Origin: Trichomonas gallinae
Taxonomy: Eukaryota
NCBI GenBank assembly: GCA_008369845.1
Contig: MRSU01001054.1
Span: 1 to 64,000 of the forward strand
Reading direction: 5' to 3'
DNA: 64,000 nucleotides
Part shown: piece by piece, positions 1 to 11,870 of the stretch
Position numbering within the stretch: the stretch's first letter is position 1
Layout of the letters: each line of letters begins with the position of its first letter
Notes under the pieces: model-generated
Told to the model about the DNA's origin: nothing
Seen by the model: the letters and a program-made list of their open reading frames with translations, nothing else
Database searches by the model: none
Made by a program: the position numbers and the translations under genes

Positions 1-192
1 TTATTTTCCAAAAAATCTTCTTACTACGTCATTTTTTTCTTCCAAAGTCATAATTATCTTCCAAAACGACATCCTTATATTTATCTAACTATAAAATTAA
101 ATTACAAATCAGATGTTGAGAAAAATAAATTTTAAAATTATGTTGGGGTTGACACGATGGACCCTAATTATTAGTAAACGTTTATTAATATT

Positions 193-1578
193 ATGAATAG
201 AAGGAAAGAAGCGTTTTTAGGAAGAGTTGATGAGGTTGTGAGTCGTACTTCATCCAAAAACGCTGAATTGTTGCCAATTCAAAAGGAAATTAACAAAATC
301 AAATATGAAAACCGAGTAAATTTGGCGAAAATAGACAATATAAAACGGAGTTTATCTTTCAAACAAGTTGTTCTTGATGAAAGATCTAAAATTATTGAGA
401 AAAGAAAAGAAAATATTCCACAAACATATTTATTCAAGAAAAAACAAGAGCAAGTACGATTTAACACAGCACAAAGCGAATTCGATCGACTTACAAATGA
501 GAATGAAAAACTCAAACAAGAATTAAAATCAGTTTATTCGGAATTAACAAATCAAATTATGCCTTCTTCGTTGTTTTCTAACTCAGATATAGCAATATTA
601 CAATCCTCTGTAGATTTTTACATTGAACATGTTTGTATTAAACGCAAAAGAGTTTTACATTTGGAAGAAATTTTATCTTTCGTTAATTTTAGGCAAAATA
701 GCCTCACTTCTAACGAGAAACTTTTCAAAGAGTCACTTATTAACTTACAACAATCAATAAAATCACTAAATAAACGAAAAATTGATGCATTTTCGAAAAA
801 ATCACAAATAATTCCATGTTTAGCACAAATAGAGTCGATAGTTTTTGATATTGAGAATGATGTTGCTGTTTTGTCGAAGAAATACAAGTCAATGCAAATA
901 GAACAGTCTCCGCGAAAGGCTTTTTTAGAGAACTTGATAGTTAAGAACAAGGAAAGAAGGGAAATACTTGAATACAGGAGGAAATTATTCGAGAAAGACT
1001 TGAAAGAATATAAATCGCCTCAGATACAGAATAAGAAGAAATACCAATTTTCGCCTCGCAAATCTTTTAATTTAGAGTCAAACTTCGAAGAAATCAAGAA
1101 AGAAGTGCATGATAAGCTTTTAGGCATCAAGAAAAACACAATTAGCATAGAAGAAGAAACAGAAGCCCTTCAAAATCAATTTTTGGAGAAAAGATTAGAA
1201 ATTGAAAAAGAATTTCAGAAGAAATGTGAGAAAATCAGAGAACTGAGATCAAATATCAAAGGAATTAACGATATTATCATGGATATTTCTTATTACGAGG
1301 AAGTTATTGAAGAAATGAAAGATAATATAAACAAATTACAGATTTATAAGCGAAAACTGATGAAACACGTTGAAACTCCACCTGTTGAACTCATTTCTCC
1401 TCGCAACAACACGAAACTGGGAAGAATTGCGTCAAAAAAGAGAATCATTGAACAAAACGAAGCCAAGCTCAAAAAACTTCGCGAAGTTGTCCAAAATCTA
1501 CAAAAAGAAGTTGACCAGAAAGAAATTGAACTGGAGGAATCATTTAATGATAGTTATTCATTGCCATCAATTGTTTAG
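193..1578 (+). CDS. Hypothetical coiled-coil protein (461 aa)
   Basis: Long ATG-initiated ORF, K/E/Q/L-rich with heptad character; no recognisable catalytic motif. Confidence 0.8.
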   Translation: MNRRKEAFLGRVDEVVSRTSSKNAELLPIQKEINKIKYENRVNLAKIDNIKRSLSFKQVVLDERSKIIEKRKENIPQTYLFKKKQEQVRFNTAQSEFDRLTNENEKLKQELKSVYSELTNQIMPSSLFSNSDIAILQSSVDFYIEHVCIKRKRVLHLEEILSFVNFRQNSLTSNEKLFKESLINLQQSIKSLNKRKIDAFSKKSQIIPCLAQIESIVFDIENDVAVLSKKYKSMQIEQSPRKAFLENLIVKNKERREILEYRRKLFEKDLKEYKSPQIQNKKKYQFSPRKSFNLESNFEEIKKEVHDKLLGIKKNTISIEEETEALQNQFLEKRLEIEKEFQKKCEKIRELRSNIKGINDIIMDISYYEEVIEEMKDNINKLQIYKRKLMKHVETPPVELISPRNNTKLGRIASKKRIIEQNEAKLKKLREVVQNLQKEVDQKEIELEESFNDSYSLPSIV

Positions 1579-1763
1579 ATATGTTTTATTATGTAAATAT
1601 TTGTTTTTTATACGAATCAAAGCTAATATTAATAACAATTTTTATAATATTATGAGCATTTTAGCAAGCTTAGAATTAAACAATCATTCCGCAAACAATT
1701 TCACTACTATTCCATATGTTTTGATTATATTTTTGGATATTTCCCAAATATTGTTCATCATAT

Positions 1764-2264
1764 AGGAAAATTCATGAATCATTTAAATCTAACTACATCT
1801 GTTATGATTTCAATCCTAGAAAGGTTCATATTAAAGAATATGATGAAATTTTTCCAACTCAAAGTATTGAATATTTAGTTACTTGGGAAAAACTTGATGA
1901 CTTTATATTTGAACTCCATAGTGAATCAATTGACATCAATCACAAATTTAAGGACAAGGTAACAGGAGAAGAAATGTCATTGATTGATAATGCATGCTAG
2001 TATGGCTCTCAGAAGTGTTTTTCATACTTAAAGCTGAAAGGTGCTGCGATTTCAGAAGAAATATTCATCTATGCAGCTGAAGGAGGGTGTAAGAACATTC
2101 TATTCGATTAATGGAACAGTCATCACTTTGAGATTACTGATGTTCACTTTCTTGCTGCTGTGAAATATCATCATAACGACATCTATGATTGGCTACTCAA
2201 AACTAATGGCAAAATAAACATAGCAGAATGCTTTTATATCGGATATATATATATAAATGGATAA
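1764..2264 (+). pseudogene. DUF3447/ankyrin-repeat gene relic
   Basis: Frame translates ...SLIDNAC*YGSQKCFSYLKLKGA...YAAEGGCKNILFD*WNS...AAVKYHHNDIYDWLL, with in-frame TAG 1998-2000 and TAA 2109-2111. Same motifs as the intact gene at 24013 (AAQWGSPNCFRFLL, AIAGGN, AVEYHHNDVADWLL). Confidence 0.75.
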
Positions 2265-3298
2265 AGAGACTGGATGGAATTCTAGTAAATTCATTTCAGT
2301 AATTAAATATTCATTCTCTAGATTTACATCTGAGGCTGAGTTATAATTAAATACCATTGGGAATGTCTTGAAATATGGAAGGAAGTCTCGCTTGAATATC
2401 TTACATATACGTGTAACAACATTTCGTTTATAGATGACATTGTTGATGATCTCTTATGTTTGAGCAATGTGTGCTGTAAGGAACTCTCTGTATTTCTTTG
2501 CTTCAAAATAGTACTGGAATGTGTTGTAGAACTGAATGATGTTGAATTTTTCATATACTGAGTATAGTGATATTCATGTGTTGATGAATTGAATGATCCA
2601 AAGGCATTTTGATAACTCAATTGTTTACTTCCACTGATATACTCGTGTAACCATACTCCAAGAACACTTGCACATCAGTTGTCTTCTCTCTCCACTTCGC
2701 TTCTGCACCACATCCCCAACCTTTCTGGAAATAATGCGACATTTCGTGATGTATTGTGAAAGCTGTGCCGTAAAGCTTATAAAATTCTTGCACATATATC
2801 CTCAGTGCTTCAACTCATCCTTCATAAAGTTAAGCAACAGATTCTTTGTGATGGAGTGTTTGAAATTTAATTTTCGATGTGATGCCATCCTTTCGCCTCT
2901 ATTCAGGTCTGGTTCAGCATATTTCAGGTTAATACATAAAAAAAAACAAGAAAAACATTAAAAAATGCTGATCTATATGTTATATATCACGATTATATTT
3001 TAATTCCAAACAAATATATTACTATATTTTATACAAAAATTTAACGAAGATTTTTTGTTTTTCCGATTTTTTCAAATTATGGGGAAGCAGACCCTGAAAT
3101 AACGATTATTTTTAATTCAATTTAAATTTTAGAAATTTTCATATGAAAATAATCGCAATAATGATAATAATATGATTTTTTTGTGAAAATAATCATCACT
3201 TTTTCTTTTTTTTTTTCTATCAAAAAAATATTTTTTACATTGTCAGATTGGCAGATTTTTCCCTGTTGTCATTCTATTCGAAATCATTAATTGCTATC

Positions 3299-3470
3299 AA
3301 CGCTTTGATTTTGGCTTCAATAAATGGTCATCATAAAGTTGTTTAAGATATCAACGCAAACGGCAAAAGCAATCTTGAAGTTGTCAATACCTCTCAGCTA
3401 AATGCTTTGATTCTTGCTTCAAGATATATAATTATAAAGTTATCATGAAGTTGTCAATATTTTTATTCCG
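3299..3470 (+). pseudogene. Short ankyrin-repeat relic
   Basis: Translates NALILASINGHHKVV*DINANG...NALILASR, i.e. ankyrin consensus fragments with stops; boundaries approximate. Confidence 0.5.
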
Positions 3471-3601
3471 AAAAAAAAAAAATAATTATAGATGAATGTA
3501 ACCAGGTTTTAATTGTATTTAGTCATAATAGCTTATTGATGAAATCCAAGAAAACACGTAGGATGTTTAAATCAAGGTTTTATTCGAAGTTAGATTTAAA
3601 T

Positions 3602-6436
3602 TTATGTTGAAAGCAATGGTGTCGAAACCTGTCTTGAGTCTTTGCACCTTCCGAAATAGCAAAAGACAAAGCTAACGACAGCAGCAACGATGATTGCGAT
3701 TGCTGAGCCAACCAATGCGAATGTGATTATCTTTTTGCGCTGATCTGCAGGATCATCTGATGGTTCTGGTGCTGGCTTGTCTCTCTTGACTAGATACAAT
3801 GTTTCTGTAGCAACATCGGTTGTGACATTCTTTACATAGAATTCGTTCAAGCTGAAGAAAGTGATGTTCTTGATATCAGAGAACTTCTCGATTAACGGGA
3901 GTTTTTCGATATCAGCATATTTGTGTGGTGGAACATCATCAGCTGTGATTGTTGATGTGAGTATCAAGTCCTTGATTTCTGTTCCCTTGGCCTTCATGAG
4001 TGGCATCATTCCTGGCTGGTAGTGATAGTGAACAGCTGGGAGCTTGCTATCTTGTATTGTGACAATTGAGCCCTCGGAGATATGAAGTGTCTGAATTGAA
4101 ACGGAGCTTGGAATCTCCTGGATTGAGTGAAGACCAGCAATGAAGAGGTTAACATTAAGTTTGCTGTTGAAAGTAATAACGCTTCCGTCATCAATTCTAA
4201 GATTGTTGACCACTGCATTTTCATCGAGTGCTGTCAACTTGACATTGTATCCAGATGGAATTGTTAACAATTGGAAGTTACCGTCGAACTTGAGATCGAT
4301 GAATGTCTTATGCTCAGAGTTTGTGATAGCTGGCAAATAGAAAGGAATATCATCAGAAGAAACAGTCATATCGACAGATGTGAAGCCGGTTGGGAATGCA
4401 TATGGTGCTTTGATCTTGATAAGGCCAGATCCGGATATTTTTACTGGCAACTCTGAGTCAATAGAGCTGTTTGACTCGGCGATGAACTTTTCGACGTTTG
4501 TGCACTTCTTTGAATAATTATTCATTGTTAATGTGAGAATTGGCATATCTGGATCTGTCTCAACCTTCAAGTCACCTGAGTATTTGATTGTAATATATCT
4601 AGTAGCCTTCATTGTTGTGGGTAATGCAGAAGCATATGGAAGAGTCCAGTGCTGAATTCCTTCACCACCCAAGTCAGCGATCTTCTGAGTAATTATGCAA
4701 TCGAATAACTCCATCTGTTTGATAGATGTGTCTGTAATATTGCCTATGTAATCGATATTGATGCCGGTAGAGTATAACCCGATGATGCTGGTGATTGAGT
4801 TGTCAGATAAAATAGCAGTTTTTTCTGCACCTGAAATGTGTACTATAATCGGCTTGGTGATGTCTAATTTGATTTCTGGTGACCATAATTTGACTCTGAT
4901 GTTGATTTCACCTGCATCATTGCTAATGTGATCTGAGATTGAGGCAAGTTTTGTATCATCGTCAATAATATAACTATCTGATGGGCAAAGAGAAGCAACT
5001 TTTGAAATGCAGATATCTTGCTGCCCAGATGGTTCGACAATAACTGTGATCTTCTTTGAATCACATGTGTATGAGACTTTGCGGTGCTTAGAAACGAATG
5101 GGAATCCATTTACTCTATCGTTGTGATAAACAACTGAATGAGCGCAGTCGATCTCTGATTCAGTGACAACAATGTTGTGCTCGCCATAAACTAAATTGTC
5201 TGATTCAAGATGATAAACAACTTGTGGCTTTTGAAGCTTGGAAACATAGATCTGTGAGTGGATTGTACCTTGTGCTGCAATTTGTTGTAATTGGTCGAAT
5301 TTAACGACGGAATTCTTGACATTCATCATAACGATTGATACATTTCCTGTGAATTCGATATCTGCGCCGCGTGTTGTAAGTAAATTGGCTGCGAGGGAGT
5401 CTGCTTTAACAGTAACCTTCGAATTGAAAGGAGAGCCAATGATTTCGCGAGCAACAACATTCTTTCCCATAATTTTTGTTTCTGGAGCTAAATGTATGGC
5501 ATCTGTGATTGAGTTACCCTTTGCGCGGTACTCAAATAGTGAGTCGCTCTTAGGGAAAGTGTTTAATATTGTGAAATAGTTCTTTGATGATTCTGATTCC
5601 AACATAAATCCATCTGTAGCATCAATGAATGGGCCATTGGTATAATGATCGATTGGGAGTGGTACGAGGAAATTGAGATTTGATCTACCAACGAATGTTG
5701 CCTGATTAATAATTGGATTATTTCCACCAACGAGATTGACGATTGAAACATTTACTGCTGAGTTAGCAAACTTGAATGTTGTGCTGATCTTGGAATCTTC
5801 GAAGTAGAAAACGCCAGATTTTCCATTTTGATCAGCAATTGTAATTTGGTTCTCATTGAAGGTAATTGATCCGCTTGGGAGTTCCTCAAATGTGAATGAG
5901 CCAGATCCCATGCGCTCATAGACGATTTTCTGTGTTGGGAATATTGAGCAATCCAAATAAACACTGTAAGTTGTAACTCTCGTGTTTAACTTCTCCAATG
6001 AGAATGCATCAGTATGTAATGTGTTAGCAAAAAGCTTGTAATTGATTGTAATTGGTATTGAATTCTTCAAATGAAGATTCTTGACTCTAATAATGCCATC
6101 TTTGAGTGCATATGTAACTCCATCGAGAATAAGTGGTACCCCGAATGTTTTTGTTAAATCTAATTCAATCTTTGCATTTGATTTAGATTCAAGTTTGATA
6201 AATGAAAAGTAATCGGAAGGAATATTAGCTGTATTCAAATAGAGATGGCTAGTTGCATCATATGCATCGTCAGCATAATGAATTGTAATACTTTGAGCTG
6301 TAACTGGAACATGCTCAAGCCATTCTGAATAATTGTTTGTAGAGATGGTAACAGAATAGTCTTTGCATTTAGACCAGTCGCTTGTGAAAAAGCAGAGATC
6401 ATTAGAAGCTGCTTTTGCTGCTAAAATTGTTTTCAT
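3602..6436 (-). CDS. Type-I membrane/surface protein (944 aa)
   Basis: Long ORF with a beta-rich S/T/I/N ectodomain, Pro-rich linker (KPAPEPSDDP), one TM helix (IITFALVGSAIAIIVAAVVSFVFCYF) and a short tail ending PLLST. N-terminal signal peptide is weak. Confidence 0.8.
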   Translation of the reverse strand: MKTILAAKAASNDLCFFTSDWSKCKDYSVTISTNNYSEWLEHVPVTAQSITIHYADDAYDATSHLYLNTANIPSDYFSFIKLESKSNAKIELDLTKTFGVPLILDGVTYALKDGIIRVKNLHLKNSIPITINYKLFANTLHTDAFSLEKLNTRVTTYSVYLDCSIFPTQKIVYERMGSGSFTFEELPSGSITFNENQITIADQNGKSGVFYFEDSKISTTFKFANSAVNVSIVNLVGGNNPIINQATFVGRSNLNFLVPLPIDHYTNGPFIDATDGFMLESESSKNYFTILNTFPKSDSLFEYRAKGNSITDAIHLAPETKIMGKNVVAREIIGSPFNSKVTVKADSLAANLLTTRGADIEFTGNVSIVMMNVKNSVVKFDQLQQIAAQGTIHSQIYVSKLQKPQVVYHLESDNLVYGEHNIVVTESEIDCAHSVVYHNDRVNGFPFVSKHRKVSYTCDSKKITVIVEPSGQQDICISKVASLCPSDSYIIDDDTKLASISDHISNDAGEINIRVKLWSPEIKLDITKPIIVHISGAEKTAILSDNSITSIIGLYSTGINIDYIGNITDTSIKQMELFDCIITQKIADLGGEGIQHWTLPYASALPTTMKATRYITIKYSGDLKVETDPDMPILTLTMNNYSKKCTNVEKFIAESNSSIDSELPVKISGSGLIKIKAPYAFPTGFTSVDMTVSSDDIPFYLPAITNSEHKTFIDLKFDGNFQLLTIPSGYNVKLTALDENAVVNNLRIDDGSVITFNSKLNVNLFIAGLHSIQEIPSSVSIQTLHISEGSIVTIQDSKLPAVHYHYQPGMMPLMKAKGTEIKDLILTSTITADDVPPHKYADIEKLPLIEKFSDIKNITFFSLNEFYVKNVTTDVATETLYLVKRDKPAPEPSDDPADQRKKIITFALVGSAIAIIVAAVVSFVFCYFGRCKDSRQVSTPLLST

Positions 6437-6517
6437 AAAATTTATGCCACTTTTGAACTGCCAATTTTCATGGCAAAAATTTTGTGAAGGTGTAAACTGG
6501 CAAACTGCTGTGTAAAA

Positions 6518-8567
6518 GTGACATTTTTATTTTGGAAGAAAACTTCTGACAAAGAGTTAAAAGTTGTCACAGATAGAACCATTACAAATTACGTACTCGA
6601 TAGTCGTTATGAAACAATCTTTGGTGAAAGCAGTACATTATATTGTTTCAAAAATGTCGCAGATGTATTAGTTAGATTTAAATGTCAAGAGAATTCAAAT
6701 TTAGCTTCAATTGGGAAATATTCATTCTACCAATGCACAGCCCTCCAAACTGTTGATTTATCATCATGCTCTCGCCTTAAAACTATCAATGAAAGTGCTT
6801 TTTATAGATGCTCATCTTTGTCATCGATAAGCTTCCCTGAAGGCCTTGAGATCATTAGTCAAAGCTCATTTCAACTGACAGTATTAACATCTATTACCAT
6901 TCCATCGTCTGTTTTGAAACTTGGAGATTCAGCCTTTCGAGAATGCTATCAATTAATATCAGTGACATTTTTGCCAAAATCTAAACTGCAAATAATTAAT
7001 AACAATTGCTTTCTTTATTGTCCGCTAACAACTTTAACTATTCCAGCAGAAGTATCACAATTCACAGGAATGATTGTTAATGGAAATTCGAAGATGGAAT
7101 CCATTGTTGTTGAAAAAGAAAACAAAAATTATGTCAGCGATGATATGAATAGATATGTTGTGAATTCGAACAGAACAACTTTTGTATATTTTGCATCAGC
7201 TATTAAAGGCCATTTCACTGTCCCAGAAGGCATCACTACAATAGGAGCATGCGCTTTTGCTTCCTCATGTTTGGACTCAATAATACTGCCTGATTCTGTC
7301 ACACAATTGTCATCCTATGTCTTTAGCCGCTCGATTGTAAATTCTATTGTAATACCTGATTCAGTTATTGATATTGGTGAAGCTTCATTTATATATACAT
7401 CGAAATTAAAATCTATCAATCTTCCGTCACACTTGAAGACATTAACAAAAAATTTGTTCATGTCTTCAGGAATTGTTAACATTACAATCCCTGAAAATGT
7501 GACAACAATACAAGATGGTGTATTCTCTTATTGTGATTCATTGCAAAATGTAATATTATCAAACTGCATTTCTAAACTGTTTTCTAATTCCTTCCATTTC
7601 TTTCAGCTCCTCTGTTCCTCTCGAAATAGGTGCAAAATCTTTTTATCAGTGCTCATCAGTTTTAACATTGATATTCAAGATGACCAATACTACAAAAATC
7701 AACGATGAAGCATTTTATAGATTAGCCAAATTAAAAACTGTTTCTTTTCCTAATAACATTGTATCCTATGGATCATACTGTTTTAGTTCATGTGGCATAG
7801 AATCTGTAACTTTTGCTATTAACAAAATTAATAGTTCATCATTCAGCACAGGAATGTTCAAAGACTGCATCAATCTTAGAAGTGTAACCATACCTTCGAA
7901 TGTCAACATAATTGGATCGCTTTCTTTGAGTAACATTTCTGTTACTAACCTTGATATTCCAGATAGTGTTCGTGAGTTTGGTATTCAGTGTTTTAAATCA
8001 TGTGTTCATTTAGTTTCCATTAATATCAATAGCAATTCAGAACTCAATGTTATCAACTATGGTGTATTTGAAGGTTGCTCTGTTTTTTCTAAGATTTCAT
8101 CTTTCAAAAATGCATATTTCATGACTGATTACGGCGCTCTTTATGATGCAAGCCGTACACGTATGATTGTCTATCCACCTGCATCTCCATATAGATATTT
8201 TGCTCTTGCATATACTATCACAAGTATTGCAGACAGTGCGTTCATTGGTTGCATCTATCTGGAGTCTGTTCTTATACCAGATAACACCGTCACAAGTATT
8301 GGTCGTAGCGCATTTGCAGGCTGTGTTAATCTCAAATCTATTAATATTCCACTCTCTGTAGTGAAAATTGGCGAGGATTCTTTTCTTGGTTGCAAAAATC
8401 TGCATTGTGGCAGCATCATTTTCCAGAATAAAACATCTTTATTTAGAGCACAACTATTGCGTGCTGGTGTTAGTTCCAATGTTTTGTCAACATGTGAAAG
8501 ACAAACATGTCGCTATTCATATTATTCCATACAATATCTCTTATTTGCCGTCTTCATTATATTATAA
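6518..8567 (+). pseudogene. BspA-like (TpLRR/LRR_5) surface protein, frameshifted near 7595, no ATG start
   Basis: Repeats of type IPxSVxxIGxxAFxxCxxLxxI in ORFs 6518-7708 and 7668-8567. Repeat register continues across a frame change at about 7595 (NSF | ISFSSSVPLEIGAKSFYQC). Starts at GTG; hydrophobic C-terminus YLLFAVFIIL. Confidence 0.75.
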
Positions 8568-8806
8568 ACACCATCATGATGAACATAAATTTCTTAAATT
8601 CGTCATGATATTTCCAAATTACAAACTTATTTATCCTATCTATTTTTTCCGAGAATAATTAAATTCCTGCTGCCAAAATCATCGGTAAAATTATCCGACA
8701 TGAAAGTTCTATAATTGAATTAGAAATAGTAATCATAAATGGATTATAGAAAAGATAGAAATAACAATATTTAATAATAACAAACAATTATAAAGATATT
8801 CTATAC

Positions 8807-10087
8807 TTATTCTGCAGATACTTTGCCAGATGGAGCAACGGTAGGTATCTGAGGAAGCTTCATGTCTTTCTGCCATTGGATAAGTACTTCTCTCCTTTTA
8901 GCATTCATTACTTTCGATTCTTCGGGATCTTCTTCATCTCTCACTCTATAAGCGTCTTCATCTTCATTATCGTTGTATGTGACTTGCATCGAGTTCCTTA
9001 ATCTTGCGAACCAGCCGCACCATGCAAATATCACGAACAGACCTATTTCTATTGGCAAATATATAATGACCTGCCACGTATCATCCATATCAACCATCGA
9101 CCAGACGCATGCCAGCATCAGCAAAATGAACCCAAACGTGTACAAACGAGTAAAAGTTTGCAGCATCTGAATCTTTTTGAATGTCGGCGTCGACACTGGA
9201 TTTATACCTGCCTGATCGATCATTATTATGTGTGCGTTGAGTCTCTGCAAGGCTTTACGGCCGTTAAAGAACGTCAAGACTATGTAGAATAAATATGAAA
9301 CGATGAAGAAAGCTAGGGCGAAATAAACAGCAATAGGGCGCAAAAGGAGTAAAAGTATGAATGCAATTGGCAAGCATAATGATGCCAAGAGGTTCAGTAA
9401 TAATGTGCCGAGGCTGACTTTGTCGTCAACGAGGGATAAACCTGTAGACATCATTATGAAGAAGAACAAGTAAATGAAAACTCGAACGAATAAAATTATG
9501 AATGCTAAAGAATACATAAAATACGTGTAATCTTTGTTGACTTCTGTAAGTAATACTGCGAAGGCTATAGAAATGAGAAAAATGCAAATATTACAGCCAA
9601 TAAATAATGTATTCAAATGCATCTTAATTAACATGTGTTTCAGTTTGTTGACTGCCCACATGATTGTAATAATGATGTAAAATGAAATTTGAACGAAAGC
9701 AAAAATTTGAATAATTCTATCAGCAAGTGGTAGCCATCCCCACTTGTTTTGAACGATAAATGTTCCATCTTCTGGCAGTTTACGGGTTGATGAAGTGGAT
9801 GCGTAGCTATAATAAGTAGCAGATTCAGGAACGTTAAATTCGTAAGGCAAATCACTAACAGAAATATTAAATAACGATAAATTTCGGAAAGTTTGTTCAA
9901 GATTCTCTGGTAAATAATTATCTCGTATATAATTTACTTCCATATAGTGCTGAGTAACATAAAAATTGAAAGTATTAAAGCGCCTAACATCAACTAATCG
10001 AACATTGGAGTTTCCTTTCGTCTTGAAACTGCCAAGATATGAAACTCTAAGCGCTGAAACTGTTTGGATAAATAGAAAACATAGCAT
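8807..10087 (-). CDS. Seven-transmembrane protein, GOST family-like (TMEM87/GPR107, lung 7TM)
   Basis: ATG at 10087 preceded by Inr-like GTCACTT; signal peptide MLCFLFIQTVSA; lumenal domain ending NKWGWLP (cf. NPxGYLP of GOST proteins); about 7 hydrophobic helices; acidic C-tail. Confidence 0.7.
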   Translation of the reverse strand: MLCFLFIQTVSALRVSYLGSFKTKGNSNVRLVDVRRFNTFNFYVTQHYMEVNYIRDNYLPENLEQTFRNLSLFNISVSDLPYEFNVPESATYYSYASTSSTRKLPEDGTFIVQNKWGWLPLADRIIQIFAFVQISFYIIITIMWAVNKLKHMLIKMHLNTLFIGCNICIFLISIAFAVLLTEVNKDYTYFMYSLAFIILFVRVFIYLFFFIMMSTGLSLVDDKVSLGTLLLNLLASLCLPIAFILLLLLRPIAVYFALAFFIVSYLFYIVLTFFNGRKALQRLNAHIIMIDQAGINPVSTPTFKKIQMLQTFTRLYTFGFILLMLACVWSMVDMDDTWQVIIYLPIEIGLFVIFAWCGWFARLRNSMQVTYNDNEDEDAYRVRDEEDPEESKVMNAKRREVLIQWQKDMKLPQIPTVAPSGKVSAE

Positions 10088-11870
10088 TACGTTATTAAAA
10101 AGTGACAAAATCTAATTTTTTTGAACAAAATTAAAGATTAATTGAAATTTATACTAATTTATTGACTGCATCACGAATTATTGCATGATGTTGCATTAAT
10201 TTTCAATTTTTTTTTTTTATTTGGTATTTACATATGACATTTGACATTTTACATGTCAAAATATCCAAATAACAATGTTAATGTTCATATCGAATATTCT
10301 ATCAGAAAATAGAATAAACTAGATTTAGTTCCTCTCATGCTATAAGAGTGTGTAGTATGATACTATCGTTTTTACCTAATCACCTGCACTAATAGACTTC
10401 TTTTATTTATCTGAATGATATATGATAAATGTCAGAATTTGGGTGTCCACACCTTTATTAAAACACCATAAATATGTTTTTGATGATTAGCTTGAGGCAA
10501 ATTTATCGGAAACAACTTCGAAGTTTCAATACATTTGTTTAAATATCAAAAATGTAAAAGAAGCATATTGAATAGCACATCAATAAACTTGTCTGCTCGA
10601 ATATAAAGAATTAATCAACGAAAATAATTGAATATTTCAATCTGAAAAATTTCTAATATAGTTTTAAGATCATATACACTGAATGTATTTGTTATATAAT
10701 AACAACAATAATGAGATTTGCTATTAATTTTAAAATTAATAAGATATTATTTTTTAATATGTCTCAGCAGGAATAATTTATATAAACTATCATTAGCTAT
10801 ATATTGAGATTGTTTAAATTAATCAATATGATGATTTTTTTGGAAATGTTTAATCTAGCTTGATACTCATGTTTTGCAATTTTGTATCATTCCATCATTT
10901 TACTGGCCACTCTAGAATTGTTGGCAATATAGCAAATGAAAATAAATATTTTTTTTTGACGCGAGGATCATGTTTTTCATCGTTGCAATAATATATCCAA
11001 CATCATAAATATGATGCTCCAATGACAAGTCCAAATTCTTAGATTTTACAAACACAAAATTACGGTATCAAGAATTTATTACAGAAATTAAAAGATCTGA
11101 TAGATGATATAGATTGGAAAGAATTTTTTCGATGATATGCAACGTATATGATGTCATAAATTCTGACCAAAATGTAATTTTCAGAATCATTCAGCCATTG
11201 AAGCCAATCGAGGTAAATTATGCAATTACTTTATTATACATGGTACAATGAAAGTAATCCAAAAAGTATTGATTGTAAATATTCCGAATTTGTTGCATAC
11301 AGGTGAGAAAACATCATTTTTTGGCTGAATCCAACTATTATACTGTCATGAGATGCCATAATAATTAAAATTGGAATAAGATATGACCGTAGATTTTTTT
11401 CTTTAGAAAAATATGCTACAAATTATTACAACAAAGTAGTCAATATCGATATAAACGATTTTTCAAGGGAAGTAAATATTTGAAAGCTCTCAAAAAATAA
11501 TCAAAAATATCTGCTCGATAACAATATATAGATATGTAAAAAAATTGAAATTTTTCAAAAACTTTTTCCATTTTTTTCATCGACCACCAACGAAAATTAT
11601 GAAATATCTCGTTGCATTGCTCCTAAATAATCCCATTAACTTTTCATTCCATTCAAAAATTTCAATAGAGAAAGTTTTTTTCTTACTTTCGCTTGAAAAA
11701 TCAACTATATTGTGTTATAGATAACTGTATGTAAAACAAAATTCAATGTCTATCATTTCAGTTTCCCACACAAAAATTTAACAGAGAAAGCTGAACATGC
11801 GCAGATATCTATTTGCATTATTTTTATCGAATTTTTGCGTTTGTAAATTTAAATTTTCAAAAGATTCAAA

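Noticed and set aside
3602..6436. Paralogy between the surface proteins at 3602-6436 and 44847-47360
   Set aside because: Shared architecture, but only vague similarity near the membrane-proximal region; cannot be supported without alignment.
10850..11400. Possible decayed coding fragment upstream of the first kinase
   Set aside because: Only short protein-like patches with many stops; no recognisable family.
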